Shown here piece by piece: positions 51,982-64,000 of a stretch of DNA of 64,000 nt; positions within the stretch are counted from its first letter, which is position 1, and each line of letters begins with the position of its first letter. A program made the position numbers and the translations under genes. This DNA is from Convolutriloba macropyga (taxonomy: Eukaryota): the NCBI RefSeq assembly GCF_964194025.1, contig NC_134470.1, positions 9,920,001-9,984,000 on the forward strand. Reading direction: 5' to 3'. The notes beneath the pieces were generated by a model. That model saw only the letters and a list, made by a program, of their open reading frames with translations. It was not told where the DNA came from and made no database searches.

Positions 51982-52951
51982 CCCAGGCCTAGACCTCGAC
52001 TTATGAAAAGACTTTAAAAGTCTAGTAGGGGGGGCCAATATTGACTATAATTACACGGTCGAGGTTCCTAGTTAAAGTCGAGCTAATATCTTTTCATGGG
52101 TCGAGCTAAAGTCTTTTCATAACGAAGAAAGTCCAGCTAAGGTCTTTTCATGGGTCCAGCATTAGTTTTTTAATAACCAGCAAAGTCGAGTTAAGGTCTT
52201 TTCATGGGTCCACCATTAGTCTTTTCATAAGTCTGTTTTTTCTTCAAACTTCAATTTTTTTAAATTTTTTTTCCTGCTTCTCTACATACAGAAGCAGAAC
52301 CGGAGCAAGACTAAATAGTTTTGCACCAGAGCCGTCCAACTTAAGAATCAGTTGGAAATCTGCCAAAAGCCTTAAGAATTTTGTAAATCTTAAGATAAAG
52401 AGTTATTGCAGATCGATTATATTACCACATTACTTGATTCTATGAAACCAGCTAGCTTAAGAGTATTGGTCCTAGTCCCATTAGCCATGAAAAAATTTCG
52501 GCGTTATTCAGTTTGTTTTCCTTCCCAATATTATGAGCTATCTTTTTTTAAAAAAATAATGCAGTTTTTTGAGGTAATTGTGGTCCTTTTGAATCGTAAA
52601 AGGTGCAAGATCATATACGTTATATGCAATATTGCAGGTAAAACGTTAATGGCTGAAAAGCAGACTTATGAAAAGACTAATGATGGACCCATGAAAAGAC
52701 TTTAACTCGACTTTGTTTGCAAACATTGAGTCGAGCTTAAGTCCAGCACGAACTTTGGGTCGAGCTAAAGTCTTTTGTGAAATTTTGGGTCCAGCTAAAG
52801 TCTTTTGCAAAAAATTTGAGTCGAGCTAAAGTCCAGAATCTCTTAAAGTCCAGCTAAAGTCTTTTCATAGCTCAAATGAGTCCAGTATGGTCTTTTCATA
52901 GCACATTTTGGTCGAGCATTGTCTTTTCACGAGTCGAGGTCTAGACCTGGG
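51982..52951. mobile_element. CACTA/EnSpm-type non-autonomous element, ~31-bp TIR, TSD TC
   Basis: tc|CCCAGGCCTAGACCTCGACTTATGAAAAGAC ... GTCTTTTCACGAGTCGAGGTCTAGACCTGGG|tc; about a dozen GTC(G/C)AGCTAAAGTCTTTTCAT subterminal repeats. Confidence 0.88.
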
Positions 52952-53885
52952 TCAGCATGAGACTATAAGTATGGAAGCAGAAATGCAATGTCATTTAAAA
53001 ACAATCTCAATCTCGATAACTTTATCATTTTTAATGTTTTTCTCTCAATTTAGAGTGCGAATTGGCCCATGAAAGATGTGTGAATGCCCACATAGCCTAC
53101 CCAATAGACACGGGAAGGTGTCATCCTTCTTGGGAAGTACAGAGTGTGGAAAAGTTGAAATACTATCAACGCAGGAATCCACAAAATGTAATGGGATGAG
53201 TTTGTTGACTGGAATTATCCCTAGTTCTAACTTAGGGCCAAATTTGTAACAACTTTCACTTATTTTCAGCTAACCCAAAGTTATTGTTATTGATATTTAT
53301 ATAAACTGATCATATTATGTGAAGTTATCGATGCTAAAAAATTTTTTACTCTGAGTCAAGTATATGATTTTTTTAAAAGTTGTTCTGCCTGAGAAAAAGG
53401 GTTTTGACAAATACTTACAGTAAGAAACGGCACGCGCGCAAAAGAAATAAAAAAGAGAAAACCTGAAAACCGAAAACGTCACAAAGGCTTCAAATCGGCT
53501 GATTTTAACTTAACTTGACACATTCTCCGACCGATGTTTGCATGTTTTATGTTCAGAATTCACTTTTTCAGCTGAATCATCCCGTAAGGTAACTCCAAAA
53601 GTTATCGCATTGTCAAAATCGTGCAAGAATTTTGCAAAATTTGAGGTATTTAGACCCATTATTTTAAGCCCACTCACTTGCATCCTTTCTAGCTAGATTT
53701 TTCAAAGAATTTTTTTTTATTTTTCACTATAATTTATCTCTACAATGAAATAGTTTCAAGAACCACTCATTTGATGAACTGTGGTGCATATTTCAGGAAA
53801 TAAGTAGTTTTGTTAACCACTTTATAATAGTGATAAATTATTGCGAAAAATAATAAGTACTTTCAAGAATCTTGACTTGACTGAC

Positions 53886-54053
53886 CTTGAGACATTCGTG
53901 TTGAGTGCTGTGACATGATTGGATGAAAGTCTCCCGTTGATCAATTGCGTAATCATTCTTCACCACAGTGTTCTTCTGTTGAGCCGAGAAGAGCAAATTG
54001 CGGCAGTTGTCCAACACAGCGTAGGCGGTGTGAGTCAAGCTCATTTTCAAAGT
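53886..54053 (-). CDS. Internal exon of minus-strand multi-exon gene (helical protein)
   Basis: tttttag|ACT...AAG|gtcagt, 168 nt, phase 0/0: TLKMSLTHTAYAVLDNCRNLLFSAQQKNTVVKNDYAIDQRETFIQSCHSTQHECLK. Confidence 0.72.
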
Positions 54054-54564
54054 CTAAAAATTGTTTAGCGCTCCAAAAACAAAGAAAAGGCAAAAATTTT
54101 TTTATACCTATGATAACAAGTCCTGACACAATTTTAAGAACATTTTGACGGCCATATCAAGTTAAGGTCTCACCTGCCGAAGATTGTGACGAATAGAGAA
54201 ACTAATTTTGCGGATATTAATCTTTCGCAAAACTCTGTGGAAATGAACTCAAAATTTAGCTGATATCATAAATGAAATACATAATCAAAATCATCATTTG
54301 ATCTGATTTTAAGTTATTGGGCACACGTGATTAACTAAGATTTTGTTTGCCTACAAAGAATTTGGTGATAAAAGTTTCCATCATGAAAAAATTTCGTAAT
54401 TATGATTTGTGAGAACACCTGACAATCGGGGTATGATGAGCGTTAGCCGCAGTAGGAGCGTTGTCCTGCTATAGAACGAGTTTTAAGCTGATTGGAAGAC
54501 CAAAAGAGTGACTATTTTTGCCAAGTAATTTTTGAATCATCGTTTATATTATCAATCAGCTTTA

Positions 54565-57241
54565 TTGTTCCGACCCTCTTGAGGGGGGAGGAACTATATA
54601 CTCAACTGGGTTTTTTTTTTTGTTCCGTGAATTTTCGCCGCTCGATATATTCATCGTAGAGAGTTGAGACTGGTATCATTAGAAAGCTCGTCCAGCGTAG
54701 AATATGGAATTAAAAAGATTTTTTAAAGTTTCGTTCTCTACAGGGAGTTATCGAGGTTTAAACTTCTGAGAAAAGAAGAGTGAATTCACGTTGTTTTTAT
54801 TCACATTTTCCGGAATTTTTGCCTAAATTTTCGTCAATTTTGCTAAAATTTGTTTTAATTTTTAAAAATAGTGCCGTTGATTTTATTTTTGAAGACTAAC
54901 AAGCATTGTTGATTATTTTGATTTAATTTTTTTGGTCAAAAAATCTGGATAAACATTTCAAAATTTAGCCTTTTTCATCAAAAACAGCACGAAATAAGCT
55001 ACTTTAGTCCACTTTGATTAAATTTTCCGACAGTACACCCCCAAACAACACTCATACAATCTTTGTAGACTCAGTGGGGGGCTATTTCTACTTCAGAGTC
55101 CGCTGAGAGTGCACTGTAGTTAAAACCTTGCCGTTTTTTGCTAACTTTACTCGTTATTTATCAAAAATGCAGAATTTATTTTGAGTTTCAACTCACAAAA
55201 TTATCTATATCTACAACATTCGAAAAATCAATTGTTCTTAACGGACAATAAGCATTAACAGGGCCAGTTTTGGGCCATTCTTGGACTGTTACAATCCAAA
55301 AAAAAATCGGGTTGTAATCAGTCGGTCTTTTTTTTTTAAAAAAAAAAGACTTTTTTTTAATAATAAAGAACAGAACATATCAAATCAAAGCTCGGGAGTG
55401 ATAGGTACAATCAATTCGCTTGTTAAGTAGCTCCAGGCTAATGCATTTAGTTTTTTAGTTGAAAGTTTATGGTCGTTTCTTTTTTAAAAATAATTGACTT
55501 TTCAATAAATAATGGCTTAATTAACTTTTCCTCTATTTTTTCTTAATTTGTTCAACTTCCAGCTTAGTGTCAGCACAAAAAACCTGCTTCCTCTTTCTAC
55601 TGAGTTAATATTTATTCTCGGTTGCAGTTTTAAGCCCGAAGTTATTGTTTTCTGGCTTTGATACTACAATATTTTAGATTTTTGTTTGTTTTGATATTTG
55701 CCAGTTTTTCACGTTTTCTAATTTTGTCACATTATCACATTATTGACAGTCCTCATGTCACCTTATTAGCATTCAAAATAAAGCACAATTGAACATATTA
55801 AAATCCTGAAAGATATAAATAATCGTTTTAACGGCCTCGACGCCTCTTTCTTGAAGAAATCAATTGAATTTTTTAATTTTGTCTTAACTGTCATTTATAC
55901 TTTGTCGTTTCAGTCGTATGAAATTTCCTGTATAGTGATAGCGTTCATTGGCTTTCCACGGAAAAATAGAGGAACCGATATTCTGATATTAGCAGATAGC
56001 TGATGGCTTTCATGACTTTGAAACCCATCGTTTTCCAAAATTTAAAAAAAAAACTTTTTAACTTCGCAATTTTGTTCTTTTTATGTTTCTTTTTGTTACC
56101 CAATCTCGTTAGTTAACTACAGGTCAAATATGACATTATGGGTGTCAATGGAATAAAAGGGATTGGGGTCCCAAAACCTTTTTTTATAAGAATTTGTTAT
56201 GACCTTACTGGCTTCGACACCGCTTTTTCACAAAAAAAAGTAAATTAATTTGATTTTTGTCATATTTGACGTTCTTTTTGTAGATGCAAGAAAGATTCTG
56301 GATAATTACAGGTCTCTAGGGTTTCCTTTTCATGAATAAACGATGCTATTTAAATAGCTCTTTTTGTAATTAATGCCTTTCATGACATTGAATGTAATTT
56401 TGTTTCGAAAAAAAAATTAAAAGTATTACATACTTTAGCACTTCGCTTTTCTGTCTACTTGTTACCTAGTCTTACTAAAGAGTGGCCACGTACTACATTA
56501 TAGTTGTTTGAAGAAGGCGCAATCAAATATACTCTGAGTGCCAAAATTTGGCTTGACGGTTTTGACAGCGTTTTCTGGCAAGTTTCAATTGAAATTTTGT
56601 TTGTTCTTCGTTGTTCTTTTTAGCCGCTTTAAAAAATGAATAAGGGCAGGTCCTAAAGCCCTTCTATAGAAGCAGTGGTAATCGTAAATTTGTGGTAATA
56701 TTAATTGATTCCTAATGGTATTTATTACTTTGAAGTTAACTGTTTCAAAAAAATAAGTTAATTTTTTTTACTTTACTGTTTTTGTTCTTTTTTGTATAAT
56801 TGTTACCAAACCTTTTTATTGACTGGTCTCATATGTTTTCAGGTGATCTATAAGTTTTTTTTGTTTAGTTTCAGGTTTATCTGACGGTATGTTGACTTTG
56901 TTATTAAATTTAGTTTTTAAGAGGGACATAAATTTTTTGATGTAACTAATGTTTGTTGTTGTTGTTGTTTGATTTTGCTGTTCGTCTTGACTCGCTTTCT
57001 TAATATTGACAAATTACAGCAATCCAATGCATCAATTTTTACTCCACTGAGTTATTTGTTTTGGAGGTTATCTTATCGTTCATACAGAATTTTTTGAAAA
57101 AGACTTGAGCTTTTTTGGGATTCGCAAAAAATAATTTTTGGGTTTTTCTATCTGTTCCTCATTTGGTAGACAATTATGCCAAAATTGTGGATGGGCGGGG
57201 TCGGAACCTTATGTGCCATTGCACATTACCGAGCCGCCTTG
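54565..57241 (+). mobile_element. Non-autonomous Helentron-like element (HINE/DINE-1 architecture), copy L
   Basis: 5' subTIR GTTCCGACCC (54567-54576) inside hairpin GTTCC-gaCCCTC-tt-GAGGG-ggga-GGAAC; 3' subTIR GGGTCGGAAC (57198-57207), then stem-loop ATGTGC-catt-GCACAT and terminal CTTG|TTT; T-rich flanks; no TSD; no coding capacity. Confidence 0.78.
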
Positions 57242-57883
57242 TTTTATGTCTGCCGAAAAGCTTAAGATCAAAACTCCCCCATCTGTTAAGGGTTTTGTCT
57301 AGTTCAAGTTAACAGTGACAATTGGTTTTATGGTTTTTAACCCTATTAGGGATTTAATGCGACTGGGCGATGAAAAAGTCATATAAAACATTCTAAAGAC
57401 CGAGCTTAAAGCAACTGAAGACATTAATATGCAGTTTTCAGTGCTTACCAACCTATTAAAACTTAGTATAGACAACAGCATTCAAAAAATCGATTAATTG
57501 ATTATACGATTAAACGATTAATACGATCGCCGGTAAAAATGAAATGAAACTTTCTTTTTAGAGAAAAGTTTCTTCCAGGCAAAAAAATTTTGGGCCTCAT
57601 TTTTCGAATTTTAACTGAGTGCAGAACAAGATTGAGACAGATTTGAAAAAAGGAATTTGAAAAAAAACGACATTATAAACTTTTTGCAATGTTCCGCTTA
57701 AATCGATTCAAAATTTGAATTGCTTTAAGAAATGTACCATCGCTTTCCGATTACCCATTTAGGGTGCAAATCAACTCTATCCGCTGCCAACACTTAATTC
57801 CTATTGGATATGAAAATTAATGAAGATTCAATATCAATGTGATCACAGAAACGTATTTTTTCTTGTTCAAATAGTGATTTAAA

Positions 57884-59417
57884 CAATGAGGCTCGGTAAT
57901 GTGCAATCGCGCATAAATTTCCGACCCCGCTCATTCACAATTTTGGCAAAATTGTCTATCAAATGAGGAACAGATAGAAAAACCCAAATTTTTTTTGGGA
58001 ATCCCAAAAAACCCAAAATAACCAAAAAAAAACACAGAAAAAGCCAAGGTATTTTGCAAAAAATTGGTGTAAGAATGAAAAAATAGTCTACAAAGCAAAT
58101 AAATTAGTGGAGTAAAAAATAATGCACTAGATTGATGAGATATGCCAATATTAAGAAAGCGAATTAAAACAAACAGCAAAATCAAACAACAACAAGAAAC
58201 ATAAATTACATCAAAAAATTTATGTCCGTTTTAAAAAACAAAACTTAATAAGAAAGTCAACATACCATCAAATAAGTTATAAACTAAACAAAATAACTCA
58301 TAAATCGCGAAAAAGATATGTGTCCAGTCCATAAAAACGTTTGGTAACAATTAGACAAAAAGAATAAAAACAGTAAAGTTAAAAAAATTTTTTTGAAACA
58401 ATTAACGTCAAAGTAATGAAAACCATTAGAATTGAAGAAAAACATTCTAAAAAATTTTTGATTAGCAATACATTTATAGAAGGGCAATAAGACCTGTCCT
58501 TATTCAATTTTTTATGCGGCTAAAAAGAACAACAAAAAGACAATAACCAAAAATTCGACGAAAACTTGCCAGAGACCACTATCGAAGCCATAAAGCCAAA
58601 TTTTTGCCCTCAAAATTTGTTTGATTGCGCCTTCTTCAAACACCAATAATGTAGTATGTGGTTTTTCATAAACGAGACTAGGTAAGAAGTAGAGAAAAAT
58701 GAGTGGCCAAAGTAAGTAATTTTTTTAGATTTTTTCGAAACAAAATCACTCCCAAAGTCCGAATGTTATAGATTTTCCGAATGTTATAGATTGAGATAAT
58801 TTGTTAGTTAAAAACTCAAAAATAAATTCTGCATTTTTGATATTCAACTAGTAAAGTTAGCAAAAAGGACAAAGTTTTAATTACAGAGCACATTCAACAG
58901 AAGTTGAAGTAATAATAGCCCCCTTTTGAGACAACAGATATTTTACCATTGTTTTTTTGGAGTTGTACTTCCGGTAAATTTAATCAAAGAGGACTGAAGA
59001 GCTTATTTTGTGCTGTTTTTGATGAAAAAGTCTGAATTTTGAAAAATTTAGCCCAAATTATTGACAAAAAAATAAATCAAAATAATCGACAATTCTTTTT
59101 GTCTTTAAATATAAAATCAACCACACTATTCTCACAAAGTGTAAAAAATTTTAGCAAAATTGACGAAAATTCAAGCAAAGATGTGAATAAAAACAACGGA
59201 ATACACTCTACTTTTCATTGACGTTTAAACCTCGATAACTCCCTTTAAAAAACGAAAATAAAAAAATCTTTTTAATTCCATATTCTGCGCTGGAGGAGCT
59301 TTCTAATGATACCATTCTCAACTCTCTACGATAAATATATCGATCGGTGAAAATTTTCTGAACAAAAAAACCCATTTGAGTATATAGTTCCTCCCCCCTC
59401 AAGAGGGGTTGGAACAA
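57884..59417 (-). mobile_element. Non-autonomous Helentron-like element, copy R (inverted, ~1.15 kb shorter)
   Basis: Reverse complement of copy L (58790-59417 ~ 54565-55225; 57884-58745 ~ 56395-57241) with the same terminal hairpins and subTIRs. Confidence 0.78.
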
Positions 59418-59770
59418 AAACATTGAATGAGCTGGTTTGGAGGGAATTCTAGGTTTACAGTGGAGGTTAAATCTTGTTTACTAGTCTAGTCCTAACTACT
59501 AAAGGCAGTTTGAGCAAAAAAATTTTTCTCAGAATTATTTGCTCCTGTTTTCATTGCTGGTAAATGTAACTAATTGTGCTGTCCTATATTAATGAAGATT
59601 TCATTTCATTAATTTTTTTCGCTAAATGGCTTTAACTTTACAAATGAATTTTTCTTTATAAAAATTTTTAGAAAATAATGATTCAAGATCTTGCAATGTT
59701 CTTGCAAGATGAGCTCCCAGATCTTACGTCATGAAAGATAAAAGTTAATTGCAAGTATCAAAAATTCAAC

Positions 59771-59970
59771 CTTATCGTCTAGTCTTGAGGCTATTTCCCT
59801 TGCAAAGTCACATACAGTCTGCGCCAGCTGTAGTATCTGCTCACAAATTGCAATCGAATCTGGATCTCTATCATCGTTTTCATCTTCTTGAGTATGCGAA
59901 GACAAGAGATGGTTTTGTAAAATGAGTCTTGATATCTGAAACAAGCCACCTTCAAAATATCTGCCATTGT
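59771..59970 (-). CDS. Internal exon of minus-strand multi-exon gene
   Basis: aattag|AC AAT GGC...GAT AAG|gttgaa: NGRYFEGGLFQISRLILQNHLLSSHTQEDENDDRDPDSIAICEQILQLAQTVCDFAREIASRLDDK. Phase-0 end joins exon 53886-54053; 5' boundary uncertain. Confidence 0.62.
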
Positions 59971-60959
59971 CTAATTAAATTATTACCTGAAAAGGAAATT
60001 TGGACGATAATGGTTGTTTTAACTAGTTCATAATTTTGGGCGTAGTTTATAACAAAAATTGCACACGAAAAGCATTGACAACCACTGGAACGTTTTTCAT
60101 CGGATAAGTCATAAATAATTATTCAGTCAGTGTTTTGCGGATATTGGTTTTCAATACAATTTGTGATATATTTGCAGCAATTAATTCATCATAATCTTAA
60201 CACACTAAACGAATAGCGAATGGGCAGTTTTTCTTCTAAAATGGTCACTGGCAGAAATGCATTACATGCAGCTTTTCTGTGTCACCTTCCCTCCCTCCCT
60301 CTTGAAACATCAGAGAATGGCTTACATATTTGTGCAGAGATTTGGATGGTCACTTGATAATAAATCACCCGCAAGGTTTAAAATTGCAGTTCTCTGCAGT
60401 GTCAGATTATACAAGACCAGAGGTCAGATTTCCTTATATAGAGTGCCAGATTTTTTTAAAAAAAATGCAAATTGTGTGTTTTAAGAGGCTTGTTGAAGAA
60501 GCTAACGTCACTTCAAAATCCTGACTTAGAGCTCAAAACGCTACGCCAAATGTAATCAGATCGTCAAAATCACCTCGCCCATAAATGAGGATACAAATGC
60601 GCGGGTTTGTGCTGTTGAAATCAAGATTTCAGTAATTTTAAAATAAAGAGAAAAATGTCGCATAAAAGTATTCAGAATGCCTGCCTATATAACCGACTAA
60701 AAGAGCACGCGAAAATAAAATCTACTTCTGATCCTCACCTTGGAGAATTGTAAGCAAGCGTGTACACAAACTATATTTATGTTCTGTAAAGTACATGTAA
60801 AATATATATCGACATAGCAAATTTCAAAAAATACAAAACGAAGATCGAAGTAAATTTGCACGAAATTTCGCAACCGCTATCACAAAAAACGGCCAGTTTT
60901 GCTAAATATGTGCATTAATTTTGGAGCCAAAAAAACTTTTTAATATGTAATTTAACAAG

Positions 60960-61290
60960 AAAACTAATTAAATAGTTTTTACTGAAGTGCATATCGAACA
61001 ACAGCAAAATTAGACCGTCAGCAAAACTAAAGAAGAACTAAATTTGTTTGAGAACTTAAATTTTTTGCATCTTACTTTCCCGACAAAAAATGAGAACGAT
61101 TTTTTTAAATATAAAATAAATACGTTGAAATAAAATGAATACTATTTTTTTCTTCATTTTTTTCTTCAAATAATTTGCAAAAAATTTCAAAGTTCTCAAA
61201 GATCTTTAATTCTTCTTTATTTATGCTGTTGGTCTAATTATCCTGTTCTTCAATATGTATTTCAGAAAAAAAACTATTTAATTTTTCATC
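60960..61290. mobile_element. Foldback/MITE with ~110-bp imperfect inverted arms
   Basis: taaatagtttt...aattagacc...tgagaactt...ttttttgca versus tgcaaaaaa...aagttctca...ggtctaatt...aaaactattta. Confidence 0.7.
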
Positions 61291-62124
61291 CTAAGCGAAT
61301 TTCGAGAAAAAAAATAAGATTTCTAAGATCTACGGGAAAAGATGTAACTAGGACTGAAAAAGGTTATGATTTTTATACAATAAGAACTCCTTGCTTCGTG
61401 AGCAAAAGTACAAAAGTACAAAAGTTTGGCAAAAAATAGGCCCTAAAACTTTTCTTAGTTCTGGTTTTACGCAATTGTCCCAATCTATTTTAATAAATAA
61501 ATGAACTTCGGATAAATTATGATCTTTATTTATCACTCATTTATTTGCTTTGAATTTTTCGGAGAAACATTGACTAGCTTAACGAAACAAATAAATTGTA
61601 TGAGTAGGGTGGGACAGCAGATGCGGTATGAGTAAATTTGCGGTTCAAGTCGATTTTGGGGATTTTCGTATGCCTTTTTGTTTTTTGTTCAGTCTACAAT
61701 TTTTCATTGGTAGCTGAGTAATCTAACCAGATCTAATGTTCAATTTAAGTGCTTCATAAACTTTCAAAAACTGAACAATATTAAAGTCTTTTCCTCATTA
61801 TTGATTCTGTTACAATGATTTATAACGCCAAATAAGATATTGGTGGCTAATTTTGCGGCAATCTATTGAATTATTTTTCCTTTTATAGGGTATGCGAAAA
61901 AAGAAAATATTTCGAATTTTTTCACTTCCTTGGCACAAATTTTTAGCATAAACTTTACATTTAACTTGCCCTTAGCATAATTTTTCATCGATATCAGGGA
62001 TTGCTTTAACAATTCAAGAAACATCTATTGTTTTAAAGCCACTACAAATAATGTATTTTCAGGCAAATAAGTATATACGCAAAGTGAAAAGGTCATCGAA
62101 AGGAAAACAAACTGAAAAGTTTAC

Positions 62125-62229
62125 CCTCATTCTGTTGAGAAACATAAAATTCGAAAACTTGTTTTCTCGAAAGTTCAATTTTTTGGGAGATTTCTAACGG
62201 GACTACTTTTTCATCTCTCTGAAGGATAT
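62125..62229 (-). CDS. Candidate exon of the same minus-strand gene
   Basis: ttttgtag|AT ATC...GAG G|gtaaac, 105 nt, phase 1/1: ILQRDEKVVPLEISQKIELSRKQVFEFYVSQQNE; phase fits exon 59771-59970. Confidence 0.5.
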
Positions 62230-62950
62230 CTACAAAAGGCTCAAAAAAGGCAAAGGTAGCATAAAGTTCTGAACCCCCAAAAAATATGGCGATTGGAACA
62301 AACAAAAATTTAAAAACCTTTTCTTTGTAGCTTACAAAAGAAGAAAAACATTAATGGAAACTGCAGCTATTTTAATTGATCTTTCCTCGCATACTTTTTA
62401 ACATTTTACCGTTTTGAGAATTTTCATTTCATGTTACCAGCAGAGAAAAACAGATGTTTCGAAGTACTTGTTGATATAGGAACCGAGCGCAAATTAGGCG
62501 AATGCGAATTGCGCTCGATTTCTTTATCTACAATTACTTGTCAGAGGCCCGTAAAGTTATTGGCTATCCTAGTCTTAGTAGATTCTGGGGGATCGTTGAG
62601 AGTATCTTAAGGTAGTTTATTTCTATTCGACGATTAATATGCCTTAAAGAAATATCCCAAAATATCTTTGTTTAGCAAAGAATTAAACTAAACATATCAT
62701 ACGTGAAAACTAATTCATTGGTGAAGTAGTGCATAAAAAATTTATGACTACAAAAAGAAATTTTATTCAACACTTCCAAAAATATTCTTCGCAAAAACGT
62801 TTAGAACAATTTTAAATCGACTGCCTTGGTCGCTTTTTTCTCCCAAGAACAAAAAGTTGTTGACATAATTTTCAGGTTTCAGATATTTCTCCTTGTATCT
62901 TATAAAAGCGGTAAATTATACACATAAAGAGAAACATGAAATGCTTTTAC

Positions 62951-63040
62951 CAGTTTGGCAAACTGCAGATAGTGGTCACGTGCGTTTTGGGTTTTGAACA
63001 GCTCCAACATTCTATCAATTTCTTGAATGGAAATCAACGT
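62951..63040 (-). CDS. Candidate exon of the same minus-strand gene
   Basis: atcag|ACG...CTG|gtaaaa, 90 nt: TLISIQEIDRMLELFKTQNARDHYLQFAKL; the linking exon was not resolved. Confidence 0.4.
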
Positions 63041-64000
63041 CTGATTTTATCACTAAATTTGATATTGAAGTTGTAAATTTTTTGTAAGCTGAGTCAGAAA
63101 TGAATTATATTCAACTCCAATGGTATAAAATTTAGATGGTATAAATAAACTTTAGTTGTAAAACTAACAGTAGCTTGAAACAACGTATAGTGTGTATAAA
63201 GCCATGCGCGTCTATGCATTAAAAAGTCAATAACTATAAGCGTGTTTGAAGTGTAGCATATGTTTTGATAGAGAATTTGTTTTTTTAAATTAAAAATTGA
63301 CAATGGCTAAACTTACTAAACTAAAAAGAGCTTAGATAGTGAAATCTTTTTGAATATTTGATTTGGCTTGCAAAAATTAATCATAATTTCGGATATTCTT
63401 CGAAAAAAATTGTCGGAACAGCGCAGCCATTAAAAAAGAAATTAGGAGCAATTATATGAAAACTATCTCGGTGAGCGTTGAAAAACACTATCTAACTTTA
63501 TCAATCACAGAACAATCTTTTAAAGAAAACTTGGTGACAAAAATGCTCAAACATATGGTCGAAAAATACTCGAAATGAGCGTCTAACCGAAATTTTCCCC
63601 TTAAATATGGATAGTTTGTGTTTTTGCACTTCCCACAAAAGCGGTTTTTGTTTTGTAGGTAAACTCAACTCTGTTAGTGGGATATTGCGAAAATTGATTA
63701 TACAATGGACGCGTTTTTGCTTTCATATCACAATTGAAATAATTTCGTTCACCACTCCTCATGTTATTTTTTTCAAGTAATTAAAACCACTAAATTTAAA
63801 AAAAGGGGCATTCTTCGTGCTTGTTTTTTCAAGTAATTAAAATTACTTCTATCAAAATAATCAAAAAGAAAACATTTTTCAAATAATCAAAATTAAAATA
63901 TTTTGAGGTTTTAAAATAAATAAAATCAGAAATTGGTGCACTCGATTAAGCTCTTTGATTAGCTTCCCATCAGATCACCAAATCAACAGCGCTTCAGATC

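Noticed and set aside
52060-52930. CRISPR-like repeat-spacer appearance of GTCGAGCTAAAGTCTTTTCAT units
   Set aside because: Degenerate repeats in both orientations, spacers short and irregular, enclosed by TIRs and a TSD, no cas genes, eukaryotic context: these are CACTA subterminal repeats.
54565-59417. Single giant foldback/TIR transposon
   Set aside because: Each arm has its own complete 5' and 3' Helentron-type termini and no outer TSD is evident; two inverted copies fit better.
59791-59967. Alternative frame MADILKVACFRYQDS... with good ATG context
   Set aside because: Stops before the splice donor and cannot join the downstream exon; the other frame is phase-consistent with neighbouring exons.

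Overview
AT-rich, intron-containing metazoan (invertebrate) genomic scaffold with two assembly gaps (12656-13057, 38387-38609). It is not prokaryotic, so most short ORFs in the supplied track (many starting at TTG/GTG) are spurious. Supported genes: (1) a 4-exon SPMIP1/ATP6V1FNB-like sperm microtubule inner protein gene (+, 30590-37090); (2) an intronless secreted trypsin-fold protein with catalytic Ser195 replaced by Asp (-, 14656-15540), whose stop and 3' flank carry four perfect TGACGTCA (CRE) palindromes; (3) two related small secreted Cys-rich peptide genes whose coding exon begins 'VSQ' right after a phase-0 acceptor, implying an ATG-only first coding exon (13087-13356, 40601-40861); (4) several in-phase exons of a larger helical-bundle protein gene on the minus strand (about 53.9-63.0 kb); plus two probable decayed secreted Cys-rich genes. 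The rest is mostly transposon-derived: decayed CR1/L2-group LINEs, a ~165-bp GGATC...GATCC MITE family with 8-bp TSDs (7 copies), MULE-type MITEs with 9-bp TSDs, CCC...GGG CACTA/EnSpm-type MITEs with 2-bp TSDs, foldback elements, two tandem duplications (~0.98 and ~2.16 kb), and two Helentron-like non-autonomous elements (HINEs) set tail-to-tail as a ~4.85-kb intronic quasi-palindrome. All calls are by eye; no database searches were run.
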